Shown here one piece after another: positions 47,657 to 55,204 of a stretch of 64,000 nucleotides of DNA. The position numbers and the translations under genes are program-made. The DNA is taken from assembly GCA_041492755.1 (NCBI GenBank), contig JBGPXN010000004.1:1373-65372 (forward strand), given 5' to 3'. The notes under the pieces were generated by a model. It was not told the origin of the DNA. It worked only from the letters and a program-made list of their open reading frames with translations, and did no database searches. Each line of letters opens with the position of its first letter. Within the stretch, counting starts at the first letter, position 1. Origin of the DNA: Candidatus Methylomirabilia bacterium (GTDB lineage Bacteria; Methylomirabilota; Methylomirabilia; Rokubacteriales; CSP1-6).

Positions 47657-47893
47657 GAACTATTCCTGAACGGGCGACGGGGCGCCGAACGGGCGGCGCG
47701 GCCGGAGACGGGTGGATGGGGCCCTCTGACCACAGCCGATGTCGTACCGATCACCCGCGAGCCGTTCCCATTCCTGACCCGCTGCCGCGTCGCCTCGCGG
47801 GGCGGGAATGGGTCACCCGGACCCCATCCACCCGTCTCCGGCCGCGCCGCCCGTTCGATCACGGGGTGCGCGTTCACGAATAATCCGGGCTAG
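47650..47893. repeat. ~244-bp long inverted repeat (MITE-like or large REP element), family B
   Basis: The arms 47650..47730 and 47813..47893 are reverse complements over ~80 nt (CTAGCCCG.A.TATTC.TGAACG...GAACGGGCGGCGCGGCCGGAGACGGGTGGATGGGG). The right arm is homologous to 41568..41660. Confidence 0.8.
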
Positions 47894-47984
47894 TTAGCCG
47901 CCCCACCACGACGACCGTTCCGGCCGAGAGTCCTCGTCCGATCGCGGTTGACGGGGCCGGCGACATTTCTATAGGATTCGAAAT

Positions 47985-48284
47985 ATGAGAGCGATCGCGT
48001 TGTCGCGGCTGGAGGCGACGCCGGAGCACGTCGAGGCCTACAAGGCGCTGGCGCACTTGACGCGGCTCGAGGTGTTTTTCTTTCTGGTGCGGGCGCGGCG
48101 GGAGGTGCCGGCGGGGGAGATTCAGGGGGAGCTGGAAATTCCAGGGCCGACGCTGTCGCACCATCTGGACGTGCTGCGGCGCGCGGGGTTGATTCAGAGT
48201 CGGAAGGAAGAACGCTACGTCTATTACTCGCCCCGGCCCGAGATGGTCTCGGAGCTGGTGCGCCTGCTCACCGCGTGCTGCTAA
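47985..48284 (+). CDS. ArsR/SmtB-family metalloregulator
   Basis: 99 aa with the wHTH GEIQGELEIPGPTLSHHLDVLRRAGLI and a C-terminal CC. Confidence 0.85.
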   Translation: MRAIALSRLEATPEHVEAYKALAHLTRLEVFFFLVRARREVPAGEIQGELEIPGPTLSHHLDVLRRAGLIQSRKEERYVYYSPRPEMVSELVRLLTACC

Positions 48285-48294
48285 ATTTAGGAGG

Positions 48295-48744
48295 GTGACC
48301 ATGGACATCGCGCCTCGCGTTCACGTCCATCTGACCGTCTCGAACCTCGACAAGAGCCGGGAGTTCTACACCCGCTTCTTCGGCGTCGCCCCCGTGAAGG
48401 AACGGCCCGGGTACGCGAAGTTCCTGCCGTCCTTTTGTCCGCTGAACCTCGCCATCTCCGACGGCCACACCGCCACCGCGGGCGGCGCCGTGGACCATCT
48501 CGGGCTGCAGCTCGCCTCGGGTGAGGACGTGCTGCGTGAGCTGACGCGCGTGAAGGCGGCCGGACTGGCCGTGCGCGAGGAGATGGGGGTGGACTGCTGC
48601 CACGCGAACCAGGACAAGTTCTGGGTGCGCGATCCCGACGGCGTCGACTGGGAGGTCTACGTCCTCAACTACGACCTCGAAGAATCGGCGCCGGTGCGCC
48701 GGTCGCTGCCGCTCGCCAGCGGTGGGTGCTGCGCATCGTCATGA
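48295..48744 (+). CDS. ArsI/CadI-family VOC (glyoxalase-fold) metalloenzyme
   Basis: VHVHLTVSNLDKSREFY, HLGLQ, the vicinal Cys pair VDCCHA, and FWVRDPDGVDWEVY. Confidence 0.8.
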   Translation: MTMDIAPRVHVHLTVSNLDKSREFYTRFFGVAPVKERPGYAKFLPSFCPLNLAISDGHTATAGGAVDHLGLQLASGEDVLRELTRVKAAGLAVREEMGVDCCHANQDKFWVRDPDGVDWEVYVLNYDLEESAPVRRSLPLASGGCCASS

Positions 48745-49076
48745 CGACGGGCCCGGTTCCGGCCACGCCCGCGGCGTCGCCGCCGGTCGCGGTGGAGGTC
48801 GTGAGCTGGGTGACGAAGTTCATCGGGGGCGACGGCTCGGGTCGGCGCGTGTTCGAGGAGCCGCTGGTCGACGGCAGCACGGTGCGTGACGTGCTCGCCG
48901 CGGTTTCGGCGCGCTTCCCGGAGCTGGCCGCCGCGCTCTGGAACGGCCGGGAGATCGGTGAGCACATCGAGGTCCTCGTCAACGACGCCGTGCTCGGCAT
49001 CAGCCACGAGCTCGATTCGCCCCTCCGGCCCGGCGACCGCGTCACGCTCCTCGGCCAGTACATGGGTGGCCGCTGA
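48741..49076 (+). CDS. MoaD/ThiS-family ubiquitin-like protein ending GG-R
   Basis: ATG 48741 overlaps the ArsI-like stop (ATGA). Beta-grasp-like sequence ending ...GDRVTLLGQYMGGR-stop. Confidence 0.6.
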   Translation: MTTGPVPATPAASPPVAVEVVSWVTKFIGGDGSGRRVFEEPLVDGSTVRDVLAAVSARFPELAAALWNGREIGEHIEVLVNDAVLGISHELDSPLRPGDRVTLLGQYMGGR

Positions 49077-49109
49077 GGGGCCGGCCATGACGACCTGAGC
49101 CGTCGCTCC

Positions 49110-49394
49110 ATGGCGACCTACCAGATCGTGCAGTGGCGCGGCATCCCGCTCATCGTCGAAGCGAGCGATGGTTCCGGCGCCGCGACGCGTCCGCTGTCCG
49201 AGCGGTTCCAGATGCTCGTGGATTCCGCGGCGATGCAGCTGGGCCTCGAGGGGTCGGAGGAGTATCTCGCCCAGTGGGGGAAGAGCGCGCCGGCGGCGCG
49301 TGCGGGAACCGCGCAAGAAGTCGTCGACACGATCGCGCTCGAGCTCGAGGAGCGTTTCTCCGAGTTCATCGGTCAGACCTTCCGCCGTCCGTGA
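49110..49394 (+). CDS. small conserved protein of the so-called 'virulence factor' domain type
   Basis: MATYQIVQWRGIPLIVEA...LSERFQMLVDSAAMQLG...EYLAQW matches my memory of that ~90-aa family (Y.I..WR.IP.QV). Confidence 0.55.
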   Translation: MATYQIVQWRGIPLIVEASDGSGAATRPLSERFQMLVDSAAMQLGLEGSEEYLAQWGKSAPAARAGTAQEVVDTIALELEERFSEFIGQTFRRP

Positions 49395-49457
49395 GGGGCG
49401 CCCTACGCGATGAGCCGCTTTGGCGAGGTCACCCGCCGGGAGGCGACCTCGGCGGCC

Positions 49458-49604
49458 TCAGAACTCCCCGCCGTGCCCCATCGATGGGGCCGCGTTCTCG
49501 GCCTCCGGGACGTCCGTGATGAGGACTTCGGTCGTGAGCAGCAAGGACGCGATCGACGCCGCACTCGGCAAGGCGACCGGTACGGCGACCTTGGTCGGAT
49601 CGAA
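49458..49604 (-). pseudogene. relic of a GroEL C-terminus
   Basis: The minus strand reads [48 protein letters not shown]-stop. Compare the GroEL tail DPTKVTRSALQNAASIA.L.LTTE...........M.G.GG. Confidence 0.55.
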
Positions 49605-49818
49605 TCTTCTCCTTCATCTCGGTCTCGGTGGCCGCCCCGGCCGAGGGATCGTCTCGTCCGCCGGTCGGTGGTCACCCGCCTTGAGCGCTGTTCGTGCGGT
49701 TCCCGCCCCGTGTGCGCCCGTTGCCCGCGCGGACGATTGTTGGCACGTTCGTGACACGGCGCTACGCGAACGGGCAGACTATCAGCGGCGCGACGTCGGG
49801 TCGGCCGGGAGGCCGCGG

Positions 49819-50364
49819 ATGACGAGATCACGGGAACGATACGGTATTCTCGGGGCAATGCTCGGCATGGTCGTCGGGGCAATGGTGGTGTTCGCGTCGT
49901 TGGCCGGGGGGCAAGCGTTGCGCCTCGGGACACCCGCGCCGGAGATCGCCGGGGCGCCGTGGGTGAATTCGCCACCGCTCACCACGGCTGTCCTCCGCGG
50001 ACGCGTGCTGTTCGTCGAGTTCTGGACGTACGGCTGAATCAACTGCAAGAACGTGATCCCGCAGTTGCGGGACTGGCACGAGCGGTATGCGGGGGAAGGG
50101 CTCACCATCGTCGGTGTGCATTCGCCCGAGTTCGCGGGGGAGAAGCGCTGGGACAGCGTGGTGGAGGCGACGCGCCAGCTGGGCATCCGATACGCGGTCG
50201 TGCAGGACAACGACTTTGCGATCTGGAAGCGGTTCGGCGTGCGCGCGTGGCCGACGGGGGTGCTCGTCGATCGCAAAGGGATCCTCCGGTATCGCCACAT
50301 CGGCGAAGGGGAGTACGAGGAGACGGAGGCGATGATTCGCCGGCTCCTCGGCGAGCGCGGGTAG
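49819..50364 (+). CDS. membrane-anchored TlpA/DipZ-like thioredoxin-fold redoxin with probable selenocysteine (U-I-N-C, TGA at 50035..50037)
   Basis: GGGAGG, 6 nt, then ATG 49819. A TM segment ILGAMLGMVVGAMVVFASL, then VLFVEFWTYG-TGA-INCKNVIPQL, continuing in frame into track ORF 50053..50364 (GLTIVGVHSPEF...WPTGVLVDRKG). Confidence 0.75.
50057..50072 (+). promoter_or_regulatory. candidate SECIS-like hairpin 3' of TGA 50035
   Basis: TCCCGC-AGTT-GCGGGA (6-bp stem, loop containing GU) starting 19 nt after the TGA. Confidence 0.4.
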
Positions 50365-50378
50365 TCGGGCGCGTCGGC

Positions 50379-51194
50379 ATGCGCGTGTTCTGGCGTCGGA
50401 TCGTCTTGAACGAGCCACCGTCCCCACCGGAAGCGGTCAGCGAAGACGTGGCGGAGGAGCTGCAGCGCCGGCTCCTCCGGCTCGTCGCCGTTCACTCGAC
50501 CGGAGATCGCCCTGTGGATTACGCCGCGCTCCGGACGTCGGCGGACTTCCGCGGGGTCGAGGCCTGCGCCCGGCGCCTGGTCCACCTCGATCCCCGGACG
50601 CTTGGCTCCCGTGAGAGGCGGCTGGCATTCTGGATCAACCTCTACAACGCGCTCGTGCTGCACGGAATCGTCGCCCTCGGCGTGCGCCGCTCGGTGTGGG
50701 AGGTGTGGAACTTCTTCGGGCGCGTGAGCTACCACGTCGGCCCGTTCGTCCTCACCGTGGACGAGATCGAGCACGGGATCCTGCGCGGCAACCGCCGGCG
50801 CCGCCTGCCGCCGCGCGTCCCGTTCCGCTCGGGCGATCCGCGTCGCGCCCTCGTGCTCGACCCCGTCGAGCCGCGCATCCACTTTGCCGTCAACTGCGGC
50901 TCGCGCTCGTGCCCGCCCGTCGCCGTCTACCGCGCCGACGTGCTCGAGGCCCAGCTTGATCTCGCCACCCGGGGGTTTCTCAATGAGGAGGTCAAGCTCG
51001 ATGCGCGCGGCCGCGTCGAGTGCTCGCGCCTGCTGAAGTGGTACGGCGGCGACTTCGACGCGGCCGGCGGCCTCGCGTCGTTCCTGCTGCGTCATCTGGA
51101 CGACGGACCGGCGCGCGCGGCGCTGGCGGCCGGGGCCGCCCCGTGCCAGGTATTCAGGCCGTACTCCTGGTCCGTGGGCCACCGCGTTGCGTGA
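50379..51194 (+). CDS. DUF547-domain protein
   Basis: RLAFWINLYNALVLHG, VDEIEHGILRGN, IHFAVNCGSRSCPP, LKWYGGDF. Confidence 0.8.
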   Translation: MRVFWRRIVLNEPPSPPEAVSEDVAEELQRRLLRLVAVHSTGDRPVDYAALRTSADFRGVEACARRLVHLDPRTLGSRERRLAFWINLYNALVLHGIVALGVRRSVWEVWNFFGRVSYHVGPFVLTVDEIEHGILRGNRRRRLPPRVPFRSGDPRRALVLDPVEPRIHFAVNCGSRSCPPVAVYRADVLEAQLDLATRGFLNEEVKLDARGRVECSRLLKWYGGDFDAAGGLASFLLRHLDDGPARAALAAGAAPCQVFRPYSWSVGHRVA

Positions 51195-51201
51195 ATCGGC
51201 G

Positions 51202-51969
51202 ATGATTCCGCGCGTCTCCGTCGTGATCCCGGCCCGCAACGACGCCGACGCCCTCGGCCGGACGTTGGAGCATCTTCTGGGGTTGCCCGGGATCGACTCG
51301 GCGGAAGTCATCGTCGCCGCGGCCGGCGATCCCGACGGAACCCGCCGCGCGCTGGCGGACCGGGCGCGGCTGTTGTGGCCCGACGCCTCCACGCGGGCGC
51401 GGCTCATGAACGCGGGCGCGGCGGTCGCGCGCGGCGACGTGCTGTTCTTCCTCCACGCCGATTCTTTCCCCCCGCGCGATGCCCTCGCGCTGATCGAAGC
51501 GGCCTTGGCGGACACCCTGGTGGTCGGGGGTGCCTTCGAGCATCTCTTCGCGGAGCCCGGCTGGAGCCTGCGCGCGATCACGTGGATCAACCGTTTCCGC
51601 TACCGTCTGACCCACAACTACTACGGCGACCAGGGTATCTTCGTCCGCGCGGCTGTGTTCCGAACGCTCGGCGGCTATCGCGATCTCACGCTCTTCGAGG
51701 ATCTCGACCTCAGCCAGCGGCTCAAGCGGACCGCCCGCACGGTTCTCGTTCCGGTCCCGATGCTGACCTCGGGACGTCGCTTCATCGCCCGCGGGCCGTG
51801 GCGGACCTTCCTCTTCTGCGTCTGGCTCCTGGTGGTGCGGATGCTCGGCTTCGACGTCGAGCGTTACGCCGAGCGCTGGCGCGGCCCGGCGAGCCGGCCT
51901 CCCGGAAGCCCCTGGCCGGCGGACGAGTCCCCGGAGCGACCATCGCGGCCGCGGATGGCCGTGCCATGA
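51202..51969 (+). CDS. family-2 glycosyltransferase; resembles the TIGR04283-type (rSAM/selenodomain- or arsenosugar-associated) family from memory
   Basis: VSVVIPARNDA, GDVLFFLHADSFPP, YGDQGIFVR..F..LGGY, LFEDLDLSQRLKR. Confidence 0.75.
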   Translation: MIPRVSVVIPARNDADALGRTLEHLLGLPGIDSAEVIVAAAGDPDGTRRALADRARLLWPDASTRARLMNAGAAVARGDVLFFLHADSFPPRDALALIEAALADTLVVGGAFEHLFAEPGWSLRAITWINRFRYRLTHNYYGDQGIFVRAAVFRTLGGYRDLTLFEDLDLSQRLKRTARTVLVPVPMLTSGRRFIARGPWRTFLFCVWLLVVRMLGFDVERYAERWRGPASRPPGSPWPADESPERPSRPRMAVP

Positions 51970-52736
51970 AGCGCGACGGACTCGTCGCCGCCGGTCGTCG
52001 GGCCGCGGCCACCCTTGCCGCCGTGGTCTCGCTCGCCACGGGGGTGGGGGCCGGTGCGCAGTCCTCGCTGCCCGACGAGCTCGAGGTGATCGCCCGCACG
52101 TATCATCAGGCGCCCGAACGTCTGGACGGCATCCGACAGGCGCTCCAGCAGGCGGTGGACAAGACGCCGACCGCGGAGCTGCTCGTCGCGCTCGCGCGCG
52201 CGCACTACAACTGGGCCGAGGTGCGCGCCAAGACCGACGACGAGAAGCTCGACGCATTCGAGGAGGGCCGGGAGGCGGCCAAGCGGGCGATCGACCTGGA
52301 GGCGAGAAATGCCCGCGCGCACTTCTGGTACGCGACGAACACGGCGAAGTGGGGTCAGCTCACCGGCATCTCGCGGTCGCTCCAGCTCCTTCCCGAGATC
52401 CGGCGCGAGGTCCGGATCGTCCTCGACCTCGAGCCGCAGTTCGCCTCCGCCTACGTGCTGGCGGGGAACCTGGCCGCCGAAGTGCCCGGCATCCTCGGCG
52501 GCAGCCTCGATCGCGCCGAGCAGACGTTCCGCAAGGGCCTCGCGGTCGACCCGCGCCTCACGGCGCTGCGCGTCGGACTGGCCCACGTCCTCGCCCGTCG
52601 GGGCCAGGTCGTGGAAGCGCGGCAGGAGCTCACGGCGGTGCTGAACGAGACGCAGCCCAGCAATGTCGCCGACTGGACGGTCAAGGACGTGCCGGAGGCG
52701 CGGCAGCGGCTCGAGGCGTTGAAGGACAAGCCGTGA
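51966..52736 (+). CDS. TatT-like TPR-fold periplasmic protein
   Basis: ATG overlaps the upstream stop. Signal region AATLAAVVSLATGVGAGA. Motifs AHFWYATNTAKWGQL and AYVLAGNLAAEVPGILGGSLDRAEQTFRKGLAVDP. Confidence 0.6.
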   Translation: MKRDGLVAAGRRAAATLAAVVSLATGVGAGAQSSLPDELEVIARTYHQAPERLDGIRQALQQAVDKTPTAELLVALARAHYNWAEVRAKTDDEKLDAFEEGREAAKRAIDLEARNARAHFWYATNTAKWGQLTGISRSLQLLPEIRREVRIVLDLEPQFASAYVLAGNLAAEVPGILGGSLDRAEQTFRKGLAVDPRLTALRVGLAHVLARRGQVVEARQELTAVLNETQPSNVADWTVKDVPEARQRLEALKDKP

Positions 52737-53395
52737 GCGCGATCGTCGAGGCTCTCCTGCGTCGGTACGCGCACGGGCAGGCCGCCGCCGTCGCTCCCTG
52801 GATCGTTGGCCGCCGCGTCCTCGACGTCGGGGCCGGAGAGGCCTACGTCGCCGCCGCCCTGCGCCAACGGACGGGCGCGTCGGTGGTCTCGGCCGACGTC
52901 GGCCCCTTCGGCCGGGTCCGCGAGCCGTACTTCGTGTTCGACGGTCGCCGGCTGCCGCTGCCCGACGGGGCGGTCGACACGACGCTCCTGCTCCTCGTGC
53001 TCCATCACTGCGTCGATCCCGAGCGTGTGCTCGACGAGGCCGTACGGATCACCCGGCATCGCGTCCTGGTCATGGAGTCCGTCTACCGAAATTGGCTCGA
53101 TCGCTGGTGGCTCGATCGCCTCGACGGACGGGTGAACCGCTTCCGCCACGCCGGCCACATGCCGCCGGCGCTCGCGTTCCGCCCGACCGCGGCCTGGCGC
53201 CGACTCTTCACCGATCGCGGCCTCGGCGTCCGGGCCACGTGCTGGCTCGGCTCTCGGCTCGAACGTCTCGTCCATCACCCGGTCCTCTTCGTCCTCGACG
53301 TCGGCACGTTTCGGCCCCGCGAACCGCACGGAACCGCCGCCGTGTCCAACCCTCGGGGCGTACAGGTTTGCGGCGAGGCGGGCGCGACCGCGTGA
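52733..53395 (+). CDS. class I SAM-dependent methyltransferase
   Basis: GTG overlaps the upstream stop. Motif I VLDVGAGEA, plus LLLLVLHHCVDPERVLDEAVRI. Confidence 0.7.
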   Translation: MSAIVEALLRRYAHGQAAAVAPWIVGRRVLDVGAGEAYVAAALRQRTGASVVSADVGPFGRVREPYFVFDGRRLPLPDGAVDTTLLLLVLHHCVDPERVLDEAVRITRHRVLVMESVYRNWLDRWWLDRLDGRVNRFRHAGHMPPALAFRPTAAWRRLFTDRGLGVRATCWLGSRLERLVHHPVLFVLDVGTFRPREPHGTAAVSNPRGVQVCGEAGATA

Positions 53396-53425
53396 GATAG
53401 TGAGAGACCGGAGACGGAGGATGGC

Positions 53426-54382
53426 ATGCTGATCCGTAAAGCGCCGCGCTTCAAGTCGTCCGAGATCACCGACGAGCGCGTCTACCTGGACCGCCGCACG
53501 TTCATGGCCGGTACGGCCGCGCTCGTGCTGGGTGGCGGTGAGGCCCTCGCCGCCACCCCGCCCGCGCCGCTGGCGCCGCTCAAGGCCGCGCGCAGCGAGG
53601 CGTTCAGCGTCAAGGAGCCGGCCACCAAGGAAGAGAGCGCGACGACCTACAACAATTTCTACGAGTTCGGCGTCAACAAGGAGGATCCCTCCCGTCTCGC
53701 GCACACGCTGCGGACGCGGCCGTGGACGGTGAAGGTGGAGGGATTGGTCGGCAAGCCGAAGACGTTCGACATCGACGAGCTGATCCGGCTGTTCCCGCTC
53801 GAAGAGCGGGTCTACGCGCTCCGCTGTGTCGAAGCGTGGTCGATGATCATCCCGTGGATCGGCTTCCCGCTCGCCTCGCTGCTCAAGCGGGTGGAGCCTA
53901 CCAGCCAGGCGAAGTTCGTCGAATTCACCACGTTGCAAGATCCAGAACAGTTCCCCGGGCAGAAACCCGGGCTGTTCGGGATGTCGTCCCTCGACTGGCC
54001 CTACATCGAAGGCTTGCGCCTGGACGAGGCCCTCCACCCACTCACGCTCCTTACGGTCGGCATGTACGGCAGGATGTTGCCCAACCAGAACGGGGCGCCG
54101 GTGCGGGTCGTCATTCCGTGGAAGTACGGGTTCAAGAGCGCGAAGTCGATCGTGCGGATCCGGGTGGTGGCCGATCAGCCCAAGACCGCGTGGGAGAAGG
54201 CGTCGCCGCAGGAATACGGGTTCTACTCCAACGTCAACCCGAACGTGAGCCATCCGCGCTGGAGCCAGGCCACCGAGCGTCGGATCGGCGAGTTCCGCCG
54301 CCGCAACACGCCTATGTTCAACGGCTACGCCGACCAGGTCGCGTCGCTCTACACGGGGTTGGACCTCAAGAAGTTCTATTGA
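53426..54382 (+). CDS. msrP: protein-methionine-sulfoxide reductase, molybdopterin catalytic subunit
   Basis: Tat signal [14 protein letters not shown]. Motifs [35 protein letters not shown]. Confidence 0.9.
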   Translation: MLIRKAPRFKSSEITDERVYLDRRTFMAGTAALVLGGGEALAATPPAPLAPLKAARSEAFSVKEPATKEESATTYNNFYEFGVNKEDPSRLAHTLRTRPWTVKVEGLVGKPKTFDIDELIRLFPLEERVYALRCVEAWSMIIPWIGFPLASLLKRVEPTSQAKFVEFTTLQDPEQFPGQKPGLFGMSSLDWPYIEGLRLDEALHPLTLLTVGMYGRMLPNQNGAPVRVVIPWKYGFKSAKSIVRIRVVADQPKTAWEKASPQEYGFYSNVNPNVSHPRWSQATERRIGEFRRRNTPMFNGYADQVASLYTGLDLKKFY

Positions 54383-54385
54383 GAT

Positions 54386-54469
54386 CATGGGGGGCCTCGA
54401 GATGGCCTCCCATACCCCCCCACTGCTCGGAAGCGCCCCGGCGCAGCCGTGGCGCTCCTCGATCTCCGG
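54386..54469 (+). repeat. GC-rich palindromic intergenic repeat, family A, copy 2
   Basis: Aligns with the reverse complement of 4128..4210. Starts 4 nt after the msrP stop. Confidence 0.75.
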
Positions 54470-54470
54470 G

Positions 54471-55124
54471 GTGTCGCGGGTGACGCGTCGGGGACGCATC
54501 GTCCTCAAGACGGCGGTGTGGGTGGGCGCCCTCGCGCCGCTCGGCTGGCTCCTCTATCGCACGGCCACCGATCGGCTCGGCGCGAATCCGATCGACGAGA
54601 TCACCGACCGCCTCGGCGACTGGACGCTGCGGCTCCTGCTCGTCTCACTGACCATGACCCCACTGCGCCTGCTGTTCGACCTGTCCTGGCCGGTGACGCT
54701 GCGCCGGCTCCTCGGGCTCTTCGCGTTCTTCTACGCCTCACTGCACCTCTCGGTCTGGATGGTGCTCGACCACTTCTTCGACTGGCCGACCATGGGCGCC
54801 GACGTCGTCAAGCGCCCGTACATCACCGTGGGCATGACCGCGCTGCTGCTGTTGATCCCGCTCGCGGTCACCTCGACCACCGGCATGATCCGCCGCCTCG
54901 GCGCGCGCGCCTGGCGGCGGCTGCACCGCCTGGTGTACCTCGCCGCCATCGCGGCCGTGCTGCACTACCTCTGGCTGGCCAAGGTCGGCGTGCTCGATCC
55001 CTACTGGTACGCGGCGGCGTTGGTCGTGCTCCTCGGCGTCCGCGGGTGGGACGTCGCGCGCCGCGCCGTACGCCGGCGGCGGGGCCGGTCAGTGCCGGGC
55101 GTTTCCTCGCCGGCCACGCCGTGA
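54471..55124 (+). CDS. msrQ: protein-methionine-sulfoxide reductase heme-binding membrane subunit
   Basis: ANPIDEITDRLGDWTLRLLL, the FAFFYASLHLSVW His ligand, and LHRLVYLAAIAAVLHY. The GTG 54471 start was chosen to exclude the repeat. Confidence 0.85.
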   Translation: MSRVTRRGRIVLKTAVWVGALAPLGWLLYRTATDRLGANPIDEITDRLGDWTLRLLLVSLTMTPLRLLFDLSWPVTLRRLLGLFAFFYASLHLSVWMVLDHFFDWPTMGADVVKRPYITVGMTALLLLIPLAVTSTTGMIRRLGARAWRRLHRLVYLAAIAAVLHYLWLAKVGVLDPYWYAAALVVLLGVRGWDVARRAVRRRRGRSVPGVSSPATP

Positions 55125-55204
55125 GCCCGGAAAAAAGTCATCTGGGGCCCGGAGCGGGGCCGTAGTATTTCGGGAGCTCGACGCTTTGATGACGGGGTGA
55201 ATCG

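Noticed and set aside
47650-47877. 75-aa minus-strand ORF inside the long inverted repeat
   Set aside because: It lies wholly within a palindromic repeat. A similar pseudo-peptide arises at the 41.6-kb copy only because the DNA is similar. There is no RBS.
49782-51590. 602-aa minus-strand ORF spanning the redoxin, DUF547 and GT2 genes
   Set aside because: It crosses three well-supported plus-strand genes and is low-complexity. It is a GC artefact.
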